Shown: positions 41,201-53,496 of the stretch, piece by piece
Layout of the letters: the number at the start of each line of letters is the position of its first letter
Numbering within the stretch: position 1 is the stretch's first letter
NCBI RefSeq assembly: GCF_964194025.1
Contig: NC_134472.1
Span: 74,648,001 to 74,712,000 of the forward strand
Source of the DNA: Convolutriloba macropyga
Lineage: Eukaryota
Direction: 5' to 3'
DNA length: 64,000 bases
Program-made: the position numbers and the translations under genes
Notes under the pieces: generated by a model
Told to the model about the DNA's origin: nothing
What the model saw: the letters and a program-made list of their open reading frames with translations, nothing else
Database searches by the model: none

Positions 41201-42322
41201 CGATCAAAGCGTTGTGTGGTGCCGGCGTTGCGATTGCTGTTTCGGTGGCTGCGGTGATCTCAGAGCAGTTTTTGCAGCTGAAGTTTTCGGTCCAATCTTT
41301 CGCTGCGGCTAGACCACTGCATTTCACGTGCAAATATTTATGACATGTATGACACCAGACGCCTCCCCACGTAGGGGACCCTTGCAGAGTGGACAATGGG
41401 TTTGATCAGCCATCAAGCTGCGGGCTAGGAGTTGGGAAGGCTGCACTGAGGGGGACTAGATTAAGTTAATTACAGGAGAGTAGTAACAGCAACGATATTT
41501 AAAGTATTGAATGATGTTAAACAGAATAATAGTGAAAACATACAGAACAGGTTAGGTTGAAGAACATTTCTAAATGAGGGTGAAACAATAAACAACTTTA
41601 GGGCACAAGAATCAATATAATTATACAAAGCGTAGTTAAGGGCACTGATTTTCTTATTTATGAGGCGATTACAGCTGGTGGGTATAACTTTGGGAACAAT
41701 CAAATTATTTGGGCTAAATTTAACAATAATCAGCTGAATGAGGAATTTCCAATGCTCTAAGAAAGTTTCAATACTACTACGGTGATCATTGAAGCCGGCA
41801 ATTACTTCAACAGTGTTCAGCTTCTGGTCTGGGTATTTATTGATAACATCACAGAGATCTAGCAGTTTAGCACCTCGATAGTAGTGAACACAACCCTTTA
41901 CTTGACCCTCGTCTACATATTTGGTACGAGAAGTACCCAAGACCAAGTCCGAGCAGCTGGGGGGAAGAGGGTAGGCATCAAAACGTCCCATTCACAGAGT
42001 CTGCTAACATTCAAAACACAAAAAAAAATGCTCTGAAAATGAAATCAATTAGAATGCTACGACCTGATGTGATGAAGGAAGATGGTTGGCATCAAAACAT
42101 CCCATTCACGGAGCCTGCTAACATTCAAAAACACAAGAAATTGTTCTAAAAAAGAAATCTGTTAGAATGATACGACCTGATGTGATGAGTCGGACCTTGA
42201 CTCTAACGAACCATACCCGAACCTTGCCTCTAAAACCCTCCCAATGGAGGTCCCCAGTACAAGGATTTTGCCTTAACAAATCTATTTAATAAGTTTATCA
42301 CAACAATTAGGCTAATTGTTGT
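38223..42322 (-). mobile_element. Full-length, decayed RLE-type non-LTR retrotransposon (CRE-like): SGNH-like ORF1 (41991-41470), ORF2 PHD-RT-CCHC-RLE (41413-38513); 11-bp TSD
   Basis: TSD GCAGTAGAGAA at 38212-38222 and 42323-42333; empty site visible in the paralog at ~57823-57833. Motifs CPLC..WCHTC..HVKC..CKNC, DAKNAFN, QGDPL, WYADD, CPCG..HALHC..RHN, RLDIKANG..FFDVK. Frameshifts, a stop and an internal deletion near 40560. Confidence 0.92.
42282..42312 (-). other. Putative spliced-leader exon copy at the 5' end of the CRE-like element
   Basis: GCCTAATTGTTGTGATAAACTTATTAAATAG; 30/31 identical to 53501-53531. Confidence 0.7.
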
Positions 42323-42374
42323 GCAGTAGAGAAGAACGTAATTCGATGTAACAGAATAATCAGTTGACAATTCA

Positions 42375-42541
42375 AAGAAACTGAAGAAGAAACTCATTGA
42401 ATACATGTGGAGCTATTTGGAAAGGAACTGGAATGAGCAGAATCCTTGCACATGGACATTCATTTGTATCTGTGAAAACTGTCGTGCACATCCTAGAACC
42501 TAACAGCGGGAATAACATCCCGGTGGCATATCCACGAAGTC

Positions 42542-42594
<53 letters not shown>
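42375..42594 (+). mobile_element. Extremely 5'-truncated CR1/L2-type copy with (AAT)n tail
   Basis: Encodes KKLKKKLIEYMWSYLERNWNEQNPCTWTFICICENCRAHPRT*, the same C-terminal CxW...CxCxxC motif as the CR1 at 44520-44620; absent from the paralog near 57875. Confidence 0.8.
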
Positions 42595-42596
<2 letters not shown>

Positions 42597-42667
42597 TATA
42601 GCCCCTTTTCAAGGCAATGCTCAGAAAAAGCTTCGGTGAATCAGTGAAAAAGCTCCTAACATATTGT

Positions 42668-43106
42668 TTAAAAGCGCCAATTAACTTGAACTAGTAAAAA
42701 GCTTTCCGTCCTCAACAGCCTTCCGTCCTCAACAACAGCTTCAATTGAGCCATCATCAATTTCTCTCCGTCTTAGTGTCATAGGGCTTCGAATGCAGAGA
42801 ATGGAGCTACATAGGAAAGCGAAGCTCATTTTTGTTCTTAGATACGACATGTCAGCGTAGTTGTCCTTTTTCACGCAGAGAGCTTAGATATGCGCTGTTC
42901 CACAAGAGTATGCAGACAAGTAGACAAACGTTGATTTCGCAACATTCATAAATTTTGTTCATTTTTGTTATGACAGATTCGTGATTCTTGTAGTCTTTGC
43001 TACTGCTATCAGCGCAACCTTTCGCTAGCAGCTTGGAAACTTTTAATTGAAATGTTTCGTCAAACCCGGATTCCCACAGTCCGTTGGATTTGATGTCTAA
43101 TGCATC
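42668..43106 (-). mobile_element. Old RLE-domain remnant of a CRE-like element; second copy at 57950-58376
   Basis: ALDIKSNGLWESGF and SYLRTKMSFAFLCSSILCIRS...EDGRL, homologous to the C-terminus of the 38513-39676 ORF. Confidence 0.8.
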
Positions 43107-43271
43107 AAAAAATTATCGATCAAAAAAGGACTCTCCGCTAATGCTCATCACGTTCAAGACGAAAAAAGCTGTAACAATACTCCTTTTTCCATCTTAAAAA
43201 GATATATGTATGGCTAATCTTAAATAGATAAATGTATGGCTAATCTTCCACGATCTACCTAATTTAATTCC

Positions 43272-44686
43272 AAGCCCTATTAGTCTCTTATGTAGCGTCT
43301 CAAAAGTATTAGAAAAACTAATTTTCGACGAACTATATGAAATTGTCAAGACAAAGCTAGAAGAATCACAACATGGATTTAGAATGCATAGATCAGTAAT
43401 AACCCAGATGTTGCTTTTCCTAGACCTGTTGTATAATGAATTCGACGAAAAAGACAACGAAATTTTTGTACTTTACCTTGACTTCAAAAAAGCGTTCGAT
43501 ACAGTCCCTCACGATCTTCTGATTAACAAAGTGGAGAACCTGGAAGTAGGGGGAAATTTCTTAAAGATTGTAGCCAGTTACCTATCAAATAGAAAACAAT
43601 ACGTGAAAGTAAATGACTCAGAATCTGAAACTGTACCAGTAACCAGTGGTGTCCCCCAAGGATCTCTCCTAGGTCCCCTACTTTTCACAATATATATAAA
43701 CGATCTTCCACAACAAACATCAAAATGCTCTGCGTTTGGATACGCAGATGATTTCAAGCTTGTATCAACAAATCCAGCAAATATACAAAGTGACCTGGAA
43801 AAAATCAAAAAATGGTGCCATAACAACAATATGCAACTCAATGAAAGCAAATGCACATCCTGCCGATTAAAGTAAACGAAAAAAACTGGCACTCCTTTAT
43901 ACTTAACTCGAAAACTCTCTCAAATAAAAGTGAGCAAAAAGATCTAGGTATAATTATGGCTACTAAGTTATCATGGAAAGCGAATATAAAGAAACGTTGT
44001 AGCAAAGCCTGGAAAGCGTTTTATTTCCCAAAACGAAACATATCAAACCTTGCATCGCAAACAACAAAACTCAATGCATATGTCGGCTACGTTATACCAG
44101 TCATAAGTTATGCCTCACAAGCATGGTTCGCGAATAAGACCGAAAGCAAAGACATCGAGCGCATTCAAAGAAAAGCAACGTCGTGGATAATCAGTAACTG
44201 GGAAATTAGTTACAAGCAAAGACTGACCACACTGAAGTTGCTGCCATTGTCATATTACTTTGAATTGCATGATCTATTAATGCTCCTCTCACTGCTTAAA
44301 GGATCTTACAATATAAAAATACCCATTAAAACAAACAATAATGAAGGGTTGTTAAGCACACGTCAAAACGAGCTAATAACAATTAATAAAACAAGAACAA
44401 GGAAAGCTGATGAAAACTTCTGGAAAAGAACCAGTTATTAACTAAATATAATACGAAAAATAGGGAACGTCGATCTTGATCAAATTGATAAGAAATATTT
44501 AACAAAAATATACTGGAACTACTTCTTCAAAAGTTATTCAGAAGTCAACTTATGTTCCTGGGCTTTCAACTGCAGCTGTGGACATTGTAACCCGGTGCAG
44601 AAGCTCAGCTCAGTCGTTAAATGAAGGATGCAAACCCATGTGGAAAGACCCACAGAAGCCTAAACTCTCTCTCTCTCTCTCTCTCT
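43272..44686 (+). mobile_element. 5'-truncated CR1/L2-type LINE with (CT)n tail
   Basis: PISLL, QHGFR, YLDFKKAFDTV, SGVPQGSLLGP, YADDFKL, C-terminal CSW..CSCGHC; (CT)n at 44664-44686. Confidence 0.92.
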
Positions 44687-47600
44687 GTCAAATGTGGAGC
44701 CCGCACAAAGCTAGTCAAGGATGCTGACCAATCTGGGATCGGGTGTTCTTCATGTGACAAAAAGTTTCAAGGGGACTGTGTCTCGCTGTCCCTTAAAGAA
44801 GAACGCTGGCTGGGACGTAAATCAAACATTCAATGGATTTGCGATGTCTGTCTGGCTGATAACAACACCTGCGTGAATGCCCCAACTGAAGCTAAGTTAA
44901 ATTCTTTATTTGTTGAATTCCAATCTAAGTTGTCCTCTTCTATCTCTGAATTGGTACCTCAACTCATTAAAGATTCAATTCCTACTATGCACGATAATGT
45001 CAAAGAAGCAGTCACCAGCGCGCTTCCGTCTTACAGCGATATTGTTACTGGAAACCAGAAGACCGCGCATTCGAATGAACTTCAATTTGTGATAACAGGT
45101 TTAATTGAAACTGAATCCAAATACTTCAAACAAGTTGAGAAAGACTCGGCGGATGTTAGTGACTTATTTCAACATATGCGCCTCCAGGCTGGTGGAAAAA
45201 TCTTGAGTGTCCGGCGGCTTGGCAAGATTGCGAAACAACAAAACGATAATATTCCTTCTAGTCAAATCGTTGTTGTTCTATTCTTGTTACAACATCAAAT
45301 TCTAATTTTATGGAAAATTGTTTTGCCCGAAGTCTTTATTTACAGATCATAAACATCCGGTGTACATCAAAAAGTTCTCATCTTCTTCAGATCGTCAATT
45401 GGAAAAAGCCGTTTTGGCTAAACGTTACCATATGGTCACAGTTGAGGGAAAGGATAGACAAGACTTTCAGATCAAGAACTTAAAATTGTACTACAAAAAT
45501 TTGCTACCAATTGATATAGCAACCAATTGACTACACACTCATAAATGTGCTCTCATAAACTTTCAATCAATATGCTCTCTAGATAAACGCTACGAAATTT
45601 TGAAACTATTCGCGTCGAACTCTGTTTCTCACTGAAACTTGGTTAAATACGGACACCGTTAACTCTGAAGTATTTTTGGGTTCTTTCTTCAATATTGTTG
45701 CCAGATTAGATCGTAATCGTCGCCAGCATGGTGGCGTGCTGATTGCACAATCGTCTAACTCAAGCGTCAAAGTTTTTGATATTACAATTTCTGACTTCGA
45801 TTATGCTATTCCTTGCGCTGTATTATGTAAGAAACTCTCCTTCTTTGTGCTTATATACAACCCGCCAAAATCATCAAACTATTCAGTAGACATCTCTAAC
45901 TTATTGGCTTGTATTTAGTCCTACTATACTAAATTCGACTTGTTACTGGTTCAATTTGGTTTTGGTTGCGATTATGATGTTTATATAATAGGGGATTTCA
46001 ATTTCCCTGGTATTGATTGGGCAAACTATTGGTCATCCTTATATCACGAATGTCGATTCCTTGAAATGGTCATTGAAAAAGATCTGACTCAGTTCGTCGC
46101 TGGACGTTCACATAAAAGTATCAGCATCCTTGATCTTGTTTTTTCTAACGTTGCTAATCTATCAGTTACGGTAGCTAAGCAACTTTTCTCAAACTATTTT
46201 CCCATTTACTTCTACCTTAACTCCCCGGAGGCGCCATTATCTTTACGGAACGTTTATTCAAATGCTTCCTTCAATGCTCCTTTATTCAATTCTAATCTTC
46301 AACCTCTTTTTACGGTCACGTCGCAAGATAATTCTATTAATTTTACTTCTTCTGACGCTTGGTACAGCCTAATTTTTGACGCTTTCACTAATGCAATTAA
46401 ATTGAATTAAGCTGTCCGTCTTAAATCTCCATTGCTTTATTTATCACATACTATTCATCTCATTAATCAAAGAGAAAACACTTTTAAGCAATTAGGAAGT
46501 GATCTTTTTTTTTACCCGCCTTAAAACTGAGAGAACTCAACTTATCAATTTCAGATTCTATAGAATTAGATAATGAATTATTCATCAATCAGTTTGGTCT
46601 CTCTTCAATACGACAATGTTACAAGCTGATGAGAAGTTTTGGTTTCAACTCGTCATTTCCTCCTGTTATGTTTCATGGAAATGAATCCTATTTCAGCGAT
46701 TCAGAGAAAAACCTTGGGATTCAACAAATTCTTTGCTTCGGTCTTTCTAGACAAGAGTTCCTAACTTGTTCCAGATCAATTGAAAGAGTCTTCCATCAAA
46801 TTGATGAACCTTGATTTTTCTTTATCTGATGTTCTCCTCCTCTTGGAGTCGTGTGATGATTCTAGTGCCGCTGGTGCCGATGAGTTACCCTCATTCCTCC
46901 TTCACCAATGTGCGAAGATTCTGTGTACGCCAGTTTTTGAGCTTTTCTTCTGGATTGTCAAAACCCAATATTCGCCTGATCTTTGAAAAATAGCACACGT
47001 TACTCACTTACATAAATCTTGTCCTCATAATGATATTTCTAACTACTGTCCCACTAGTATCCTCCCTTAGTTTTCCTTGTTACTTGAAAGATTATTGTTC
47101 AATTTTATTTACCCGAAGATAAGGCATCAGATCAAACGTGAACAACATGGATTTAGAAAGTCACGTAGTACATTAAGTCAGATAATAATGTATCTTGATT
47201 CGTTTATTCAGCTCGTGATACCAATTCTCCTGCCATTTCTATCTACTTCGACGTAAGAAAAGCTTTTGACTCTGTGTCCCATCAAATACTTTTGTCTAAG
47301 CTTGTGAATTTTGGTTTCGACTCAGCTTTTCTAAACCTTTTTAAAGCTTATCTAACGAATCGTTCTCAGTATGTAAAAATTAACCAAAAGGTTTCTTCTC
47401 GTTTACCCGTTACTTCGGGAGTTCCGCAGGGCAGCGTGCTTGGTCCTTTGTTATTCATTATTTTGGTTAATGACATTGCTGATGATGTGACCAACAGTTG
47501 TTTTTATCGTTTTGCTGATGACCTGAAACTTTTCAGCACCTCATCGTTCTCCCTTGTGCAAGAGGACATCAATTCCTTATTTAATTGATGTAATTTAAAT

Positions 47601-48460
47601 GGTCTCCATTTCCACCCATCAAAAAACGTTAATTTTGGTGGCCATGATTCTGCTAAATTGTTTCTAGGGTCGGACTACTTACCTTTCAATAAACGAATTG
47701 AAGATTTGGGTTTTATTGTGTCTAGTACGCTATCCTGGAAAGCTCACCCAGATTCAAAGCTTCTAAAATGCAACAGAATTTTTAACTTCCTGAAGCGTAA
47801 TACCCCCTTTTCAGTTTCGGGTCACAGGAAAGTTTTGCTTTATAGATCCCTTATTCTGCCTATTTCATTATACGGTGCTCCTGTTTTGTCTCCGTCCTTA
47901 ACTATGCTAAACCAACTTGAAAGCTTCCAGTATAAAGTCCTTCGTTGGATAATACGCTGCTAATCAAATGTTTCAGGCTTAGAATCCCTTCAGTTACTTC
48001 CTGTGTGTTACAGCTTATTCAGAGATGACATTGTTTTCCTTTGGAAGCTTTACAACGGGGCCCCTGACGTACAAAGTAACCTTCATTTTACATCTTTGCC
48101 AACACGATCTTCCTCGAATGGACTGTTTCGCGTCCCTAGAGCACGCAAGGTCTCTTCAGAAGACAACTTTTTCATCCGAGCAACTCGAGCAAACAAGCTC
48201 TTCCGGTTAAAAAACCATTTCATTCGAAATGCCTTTAAAAACTCTGAAAAATTACCTCATCAATTACCTGAAATCCAGAACATCAAATTACTATGATATG
48301 AACAGTTCGTGTTCACATTTTGTCAAGTGTTATTGTACATTTTTTCGTGCATAAGTCATACATGTGTGTTTTCTTAAACATTATCTTAAAAGGAATTAAG
48401 CCTTTTAGTACTACTACTGTTCAAACACTTAAATTCCATAAAGAAATAAAGGAACAATGA
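44687..48460 (+). mobile_element. Near-full-length decayed CR1/L2-type LINE (PHD ORF1; APE-RT ORF2)
   Basis: GCSSCDKKFQGDC...WICDVC; TETWL, HGGVLI, GDFNFP, LDLVF; KAFDSV, SGVPQGSVLGP, FADDLKL; many stops and frameshifts. Confidence 0.92.
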
Positions 48461-48464
48461 CAAT

Positions 48465-51400
48465 AATTACAAACAAGTTAAAAAATGCATATAAGTTTGA
48501 GCTTATTTGCGTTTATGTAATCCAGGAAATGCTGTTTGACAAAACTGTTGAAGCCGGATTTAGACTCTTTTCGCTTTCTGTCGTAAGGTGATGTAGCTCA
48601 TGTTGTTCCTTGAGCAATCTTTTTCAGGTTGATCCAGCCACGTCTTGCGTTGACCCCCTGGAGATCGTTCAGCAGAACTACATTTTTCTGTCGGCTCCCA
48701 GGTGAAAGCTCGGAGCGCTAGACGATCGTCAATCATCCTCAGGACATGGCCAAACCATTTCAGCCTTTTGATCATGATCATTGCAGAAACTGTCGACATA
48801 CGTGATCTAGCCAGTACTTATTCATTTGTCACCCTCTCCAGGTATGAAAAACATAGTATCCTTCGCAGACAACTGGTGTGAAAGCTGTCAAGTTTCTGTT
48901 GCGTTGATTTATTCATGGTCCACGTTTCAGAGCTATATAAGACCACTGATAACACGAGAGCTCTCTATAACTTGCATTTGAGGGGAATACAAAGTTGTTT
49001 GCTCTTCCAAAGCTTCTGTAAGCTCGCGAATCGCTGTCTCCCTTCCGCCAGCTTGACATTGATTTCCTTTAGGTCACAATGTCGCAAGCTCGCGAAAGAA
49101 CCGAGATACTTGAAAGCTTCTACATTTTCGAACTCCACTCCATCTTGATCGTGGACATTGCAGGAGAAAATGCGAGATCTTCCAGCTTTTTCTCTGCCGC
49201 AGTATCGTGACTCGTGAATTCGTCGGCCTTTCACAGTCGCGAATTTCCTAGTGCACTTCTGACAAGTGACGCTTTTCTCTAGCCCAACAAACTTTGACGC
49301 GCTGTCTTTGACACTCTTCGAACTCTAAGACTTGCAGAATCTGGCTTCATGCACTTTGCAGCCTTTTGCAGTGTCGAAGCGACGTTTACAAACTGAACAT
49401 ACACAACTCTCGTCATCAGAGACAGGATATGATCTGTTTTTTGCCGTAGACAACAGATCAGCAACCACTGACCTCTCGTCGCTGCTAACTGTCACAAGCT
49501 CAGCCTCCGCTGAACTTTTCAATCTCAGTTTCTCACCAGCTAGTGTCTCGAACCAGCCCGCATTCTTCTTCTTAACCACCAGCACCTCCCTGCCAATGAG
49601 TAGTCGGAATTGGTTTTCGGCCTCAATGAGAGTCCCAAAACGGCCTTTGTGGTTTCCTGTAAGAACATCCACGTTCTTTTGAGCAATGGGTACACTGGCT
49701 CCGGGTTTTTTTTTGCATTTAACACCCATAATCTCTGTCCTCCCAACATTGATCATTTCGCCAACAGCCTCGGCCAAAGATTCAATTCTGTGTAGATTTG
49801 CTTGAACTTTGGAATCAGAGACGCCCAATAGGGTAAAATCATCGGCGAAGTCAAGATCAGCAAGACAACGTCCAATGTCCATTCTTCCTTGAACTGAATT
49901 AGCCAACACATAGTTTATCACAAGGCCAAAGAGAATAAGCCGACAATACATCACCCTGGCGAACACCAGTTTTTACGTCGAACATCTGGCCCTTCTCACC
50001 TTCTGCCTTGACGCAGCACTTGAAGCCTTCGTAACTGTTGCGGATGACAATCACAACTTTTTGTGGGAGCCCGTAATGTTTCATTATATTGTACATCATC
50101 TCGCGGTCCACCGAATCGAATGCAGCGCGGAAATCAATGAAACAAAAACTGACGTCCAATTGGAAGGCCATGCATTTCTCTAGTATTTGCCTCAACGCAA
50201 ACAATTGGTCAGTGCAGCCCCTGCTCTTTCGGAATCCGCATTGTTTTTCTCTTAGCACTTGATCAAGTGCACCTTTGCATCTATTCAGGATTATTGATGC
50301 AAACACTTTTCCAGGTACCAAGAGCAGTGAAATTCCGCGATTGTTCCCACACTCCGATCTTTTTCCTTTGTTTCTGTTTAGAGCGACAACTTCTGCTAAC
50401 TTCCAGTCTTGTGGAAGGTTTTCTTCAGTCCAGCACTTGTTGACAATGTCCCACAGCCATTCAGTGATTCCAATATGCGACTTTAGCATTTCGGCAGAAA
50501 TATCGTCTGGTCCACATGCTTTACCGTTTTTCAGTTTACGCACGGCATATAGAATTTCATCAAACCGAATTGGACCTAGGTCTATTTCAAGACTCTCGGG
50601 CGCTTCCACTATGCTCAATACAGAATTGCCGCTTGTCGTGGTTGGATTTAACAGATTCTTAAGGTGCTCGGTCCAACGTTCCAGCCTTTCTCCTTTTGTT
50701 TTCAGAGGCTCGCCTGTGGTTGAAACTAGTTGACTTATATGAGGACTCCACTTCCAGCATAACAGTTTTGACTCCCCGAACACTTCATTCAGGTCCCCTT
50801 TGTCTGAGTGATCTTGTATTGTTTCACCTTTGTCTTTCAGCCAATGTCTTTTGTCAGATCTTAACGCTTTTCGTACTACTTTGCAGCAACTAGAGAACAC
50901 TAGCAGCGCCTCCGCGCTACTATGCTTCCTCAACTGTAACTCGGCCCGTTTCCTAATCAACGCCAGGGTTTCAATTGTAATCCAGGGTTTGTGCAAACGC
51001 TTTTCGGGGATAAGTAGTTTTGTTGCCGCTGCATTAAGAACCGTTCGAAAATTTGCCCAAGATTGTTCTACGCCTTCATCAATATCGCTCTATCGTTTCA
51101 TTTCTGCGCAGAAAGCTTCACGCGTTACTTCATCGTGCAACTTTGCAGAGCAGACTTTCGGTTGACTGCGTTGCTTATGTGCCCCTACTTTGAACCGCAC
51201 TTCAGCAATGACCATTTAGTGATCGGTGAGAGTGATCTTTCCCCTCCTTTTCCTAACGTTGTGCAAACAACTCCTGTATCGAACCGAATAAGATATTATC
51301 TAACATCTTCTTTTGCATCTGTTGGTCAGGTGGGTTAAATGTACACCGGTGCACTAACCGGTGTCGAAACCAGGTTCCACCAATCAACAGGTCATGAGAG

Positions 51401-52167
51401 ACACAAAAGGACAACAATTCTTTTGAAATATCATTCTCCTTGCCCATTCCAAAGGAGCCTCGGAAAGGCACGTTGACATCAGATTGTCGACCAGGTTCCG
51501 CATTGAAGTCTCCGACGAGGCAGACTCTCTCCCTCTGTTTGAAACTGGATACCAAGCTGCTAAACTGATTCAAAAAATTGTCTTTCGCTAAGTCGTAAGC
51601 TTCATTTGTGGGCTCATAACACACAATCACAACAAGGTTAGCTCGTTTCTGAGCTGCAGACTTCACATACGCCACTCGCTCACTAACAGCAACTTGCTCA
51701 GTTATGCTACCGGCAAGTATTTTTGTCACTGCAATACCAACTCCAGATTGTCTCGCTTTTGCGGTCGATAGCCAGGAGTCAATGAGAAGGAGCTTGTGGT
51801 CGCCAAGATCTATTTCCTGATCATCCAATCTTGTTTCCTGCACTCCCAGAACGTCCAAATTGTACTTCTTCAGGTCCATTTTCAGGCTTTCTAGTGAACC
51901 TGATTGAGCCAGTGTCCTGACATTAAGGGTTAAAATTCTGGTGTTTGTATTCCACTGGAGATCCTTCGCACCCCTTAACCGGGACTCGGGGCCATTTTTG
52001 TTTGAACTCATTGCATTGGGTTTTCAGGCTAATATAAAACTAGTCGCGCCACCAACTAGAGGTCCCTTGCCTCGTTAGCTCGGTGGTACTATGCATCTGC
52101 CCTACGGGCAGCTGCTGCACCACTTACCCCAGGGGACACCGCGGGGAGGAGAGGTTGGATTTTGCCC
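48465..52167 (-). mobile_element. Full-length decayed RTE-clade LINE (single APE-RT ORF from 52011)
   Basis: LTLNVRTL, GVQETR, GDFNA; GKACGPDDISAEMLK, QCGFRKSRGC, FIDFRAAFDSV, GVRQGDV, DLDFADD, FKYLGS, WFGHVLR. The 3' boundary is approximate; the 5' end abuts a gap. Confidence 0.93.
52070..52167 (-). ncRNA. HDV-like self-cleaving ribozyme fold in the RTE 5' end
   Basis: Order P1 (..GGGC/GTCCCCT), P2 (CCTC/GAGG), P3-L3 (CC-TCCCCGC-GG), GG for P1.1, long P4 hairpin, J4/2 GCTAA. The first bases of P1 fall in the N gap. Confidence 0.65.
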
Positions 52168-53496
52168 NNNNNNNNNNNNNNNNNNNNNNNNNNNNNNNNN
52201 NNNNNNNNNNNNNNNNNNNNNNNNNNNNNNNNNNNNNNNNNNNNNNNNNNNNNNNNNNNNNNNNNNNNNNNNNNNNNNNNNNNNNNNNNNNNNNNNNNNN
52301 NNNNNNNNNNNNNNNNNNNNNNNNNNNNNNNNNNNNNNNNNNNNNNNNNNNNNNNNNNNNNNNNNNNNNNNNNNNNNNNNNNNNNNNNNNNNNNNNNNNN
52401 NNNNNNNNNNNNNNNNNNNNNNNNNNNNNNNNNNNNNNNNNNNNNNNNNNNNNNNNNNNNNNNNNNNNNNNNNNNNNNNNNNNNNNNNNNNNNNNNNNNN
52501 NNNNNNNNNNNNNNNNNNNNNNNNNNNNNNNNNNNNNNNNNNNAAAATTAATCAGTACGTCTTCCTATTTCTAAACTACAGAAACAAGGAACTTTTTGGG
52601 AAATCTAATCGGCATAAAGCATCAATGAACCCCAATGTTTTTAACCAGGTCAAAACAAAAATTATTTCCCGTTTTTCCTCAAAGCGTCAAACGTTAGAAA
52701 TTTTAAAAAAGACATGCATGGTGCTTCTTTCAGAAGTTTGCATCATTAAATCAGATATGGAAGAGTAAAACGAGAGAGCTTTCTTCAGTAGTATTTTAAC
52801 ACACGGAAACTTCATGAAAAACGGTCGATGAAAAATGGGGATCTACTGTATCCCGTGTTTTTATTTACTATGTATAAATAGCACGTGCGCCTCGGGGCGT
52901 AAAAGTTGTATGCCCACAAAACTTGGGGGGTTTAGAATGATCTAAAAATTGCATATAAATAAGACGTCCTGTTCGTTCACTAATTGCTATAAATGTCATT
53001 TAAGAACAATTGTGCTATCGGCAGTTTTGGTCACACCGTCCAGTTGGAACAATACAGCTCAATGAGAACTGCCTAAGGCAGTTCTGTAAGCCGAAAACTG
53101 GATAACGACAGTGCTTGAAAGCACTACCACTATCCTATCTTTCAGAACACAACAATAAAATCGGCCGGACAAAAAAGCGCAGACATACGAAAGTGCAACA
53201 CGAAGGAGACCAATACTTCAAATTTTGTCTCGCGGCAGATAAACATACCTTAGACCTATCATTATTTGAGTAAAATCAGTAAAATTGTTAAACAAAGTGA
53301 GAGCAGAAATATTACAACACAATTCAAGTTTTCCGTCTTAACAGAACTACAAAGAGCAGCATACCGGGATGAAAAGGCTTCGTCACATTAGGAGATCCTG
53401 CTTCAACTAAAATATTCTCCTGACACTCGGATGTTTGATATCCGAAAACATTTCTTGTCGTCCAGCTCTGTAATATACTGAACACAACATCCTGTT

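Noticed and set aside
42282-42312. Leader copies as SL RNA genes
   Set aside because: Neither copy is followed by a GT donor; both run directly into retroelement 5' UTR.
42397-42639. Poly-Asn ORF
   Set aside because: The (AAT)n tail of a truncated LINE read in the wrong frame.
43202-43254. GGCTAATCTTAAATAGAT as a third leader copy
   Set aside because: Only short AT-rich matches; it is part of a local ~16-bp duplication at a truncated LINE junction.
38516-51338. Plus-strand ORFs opposite the CRE-like and RTE elements
   Set aside because: Antisense shadows of GC-richer coding sequence with no recognisable motifs.
52083-52768. Long ORFs containing X runs (also 57286-57814)
   Set aside because: Artefacts of translating through N gaps.
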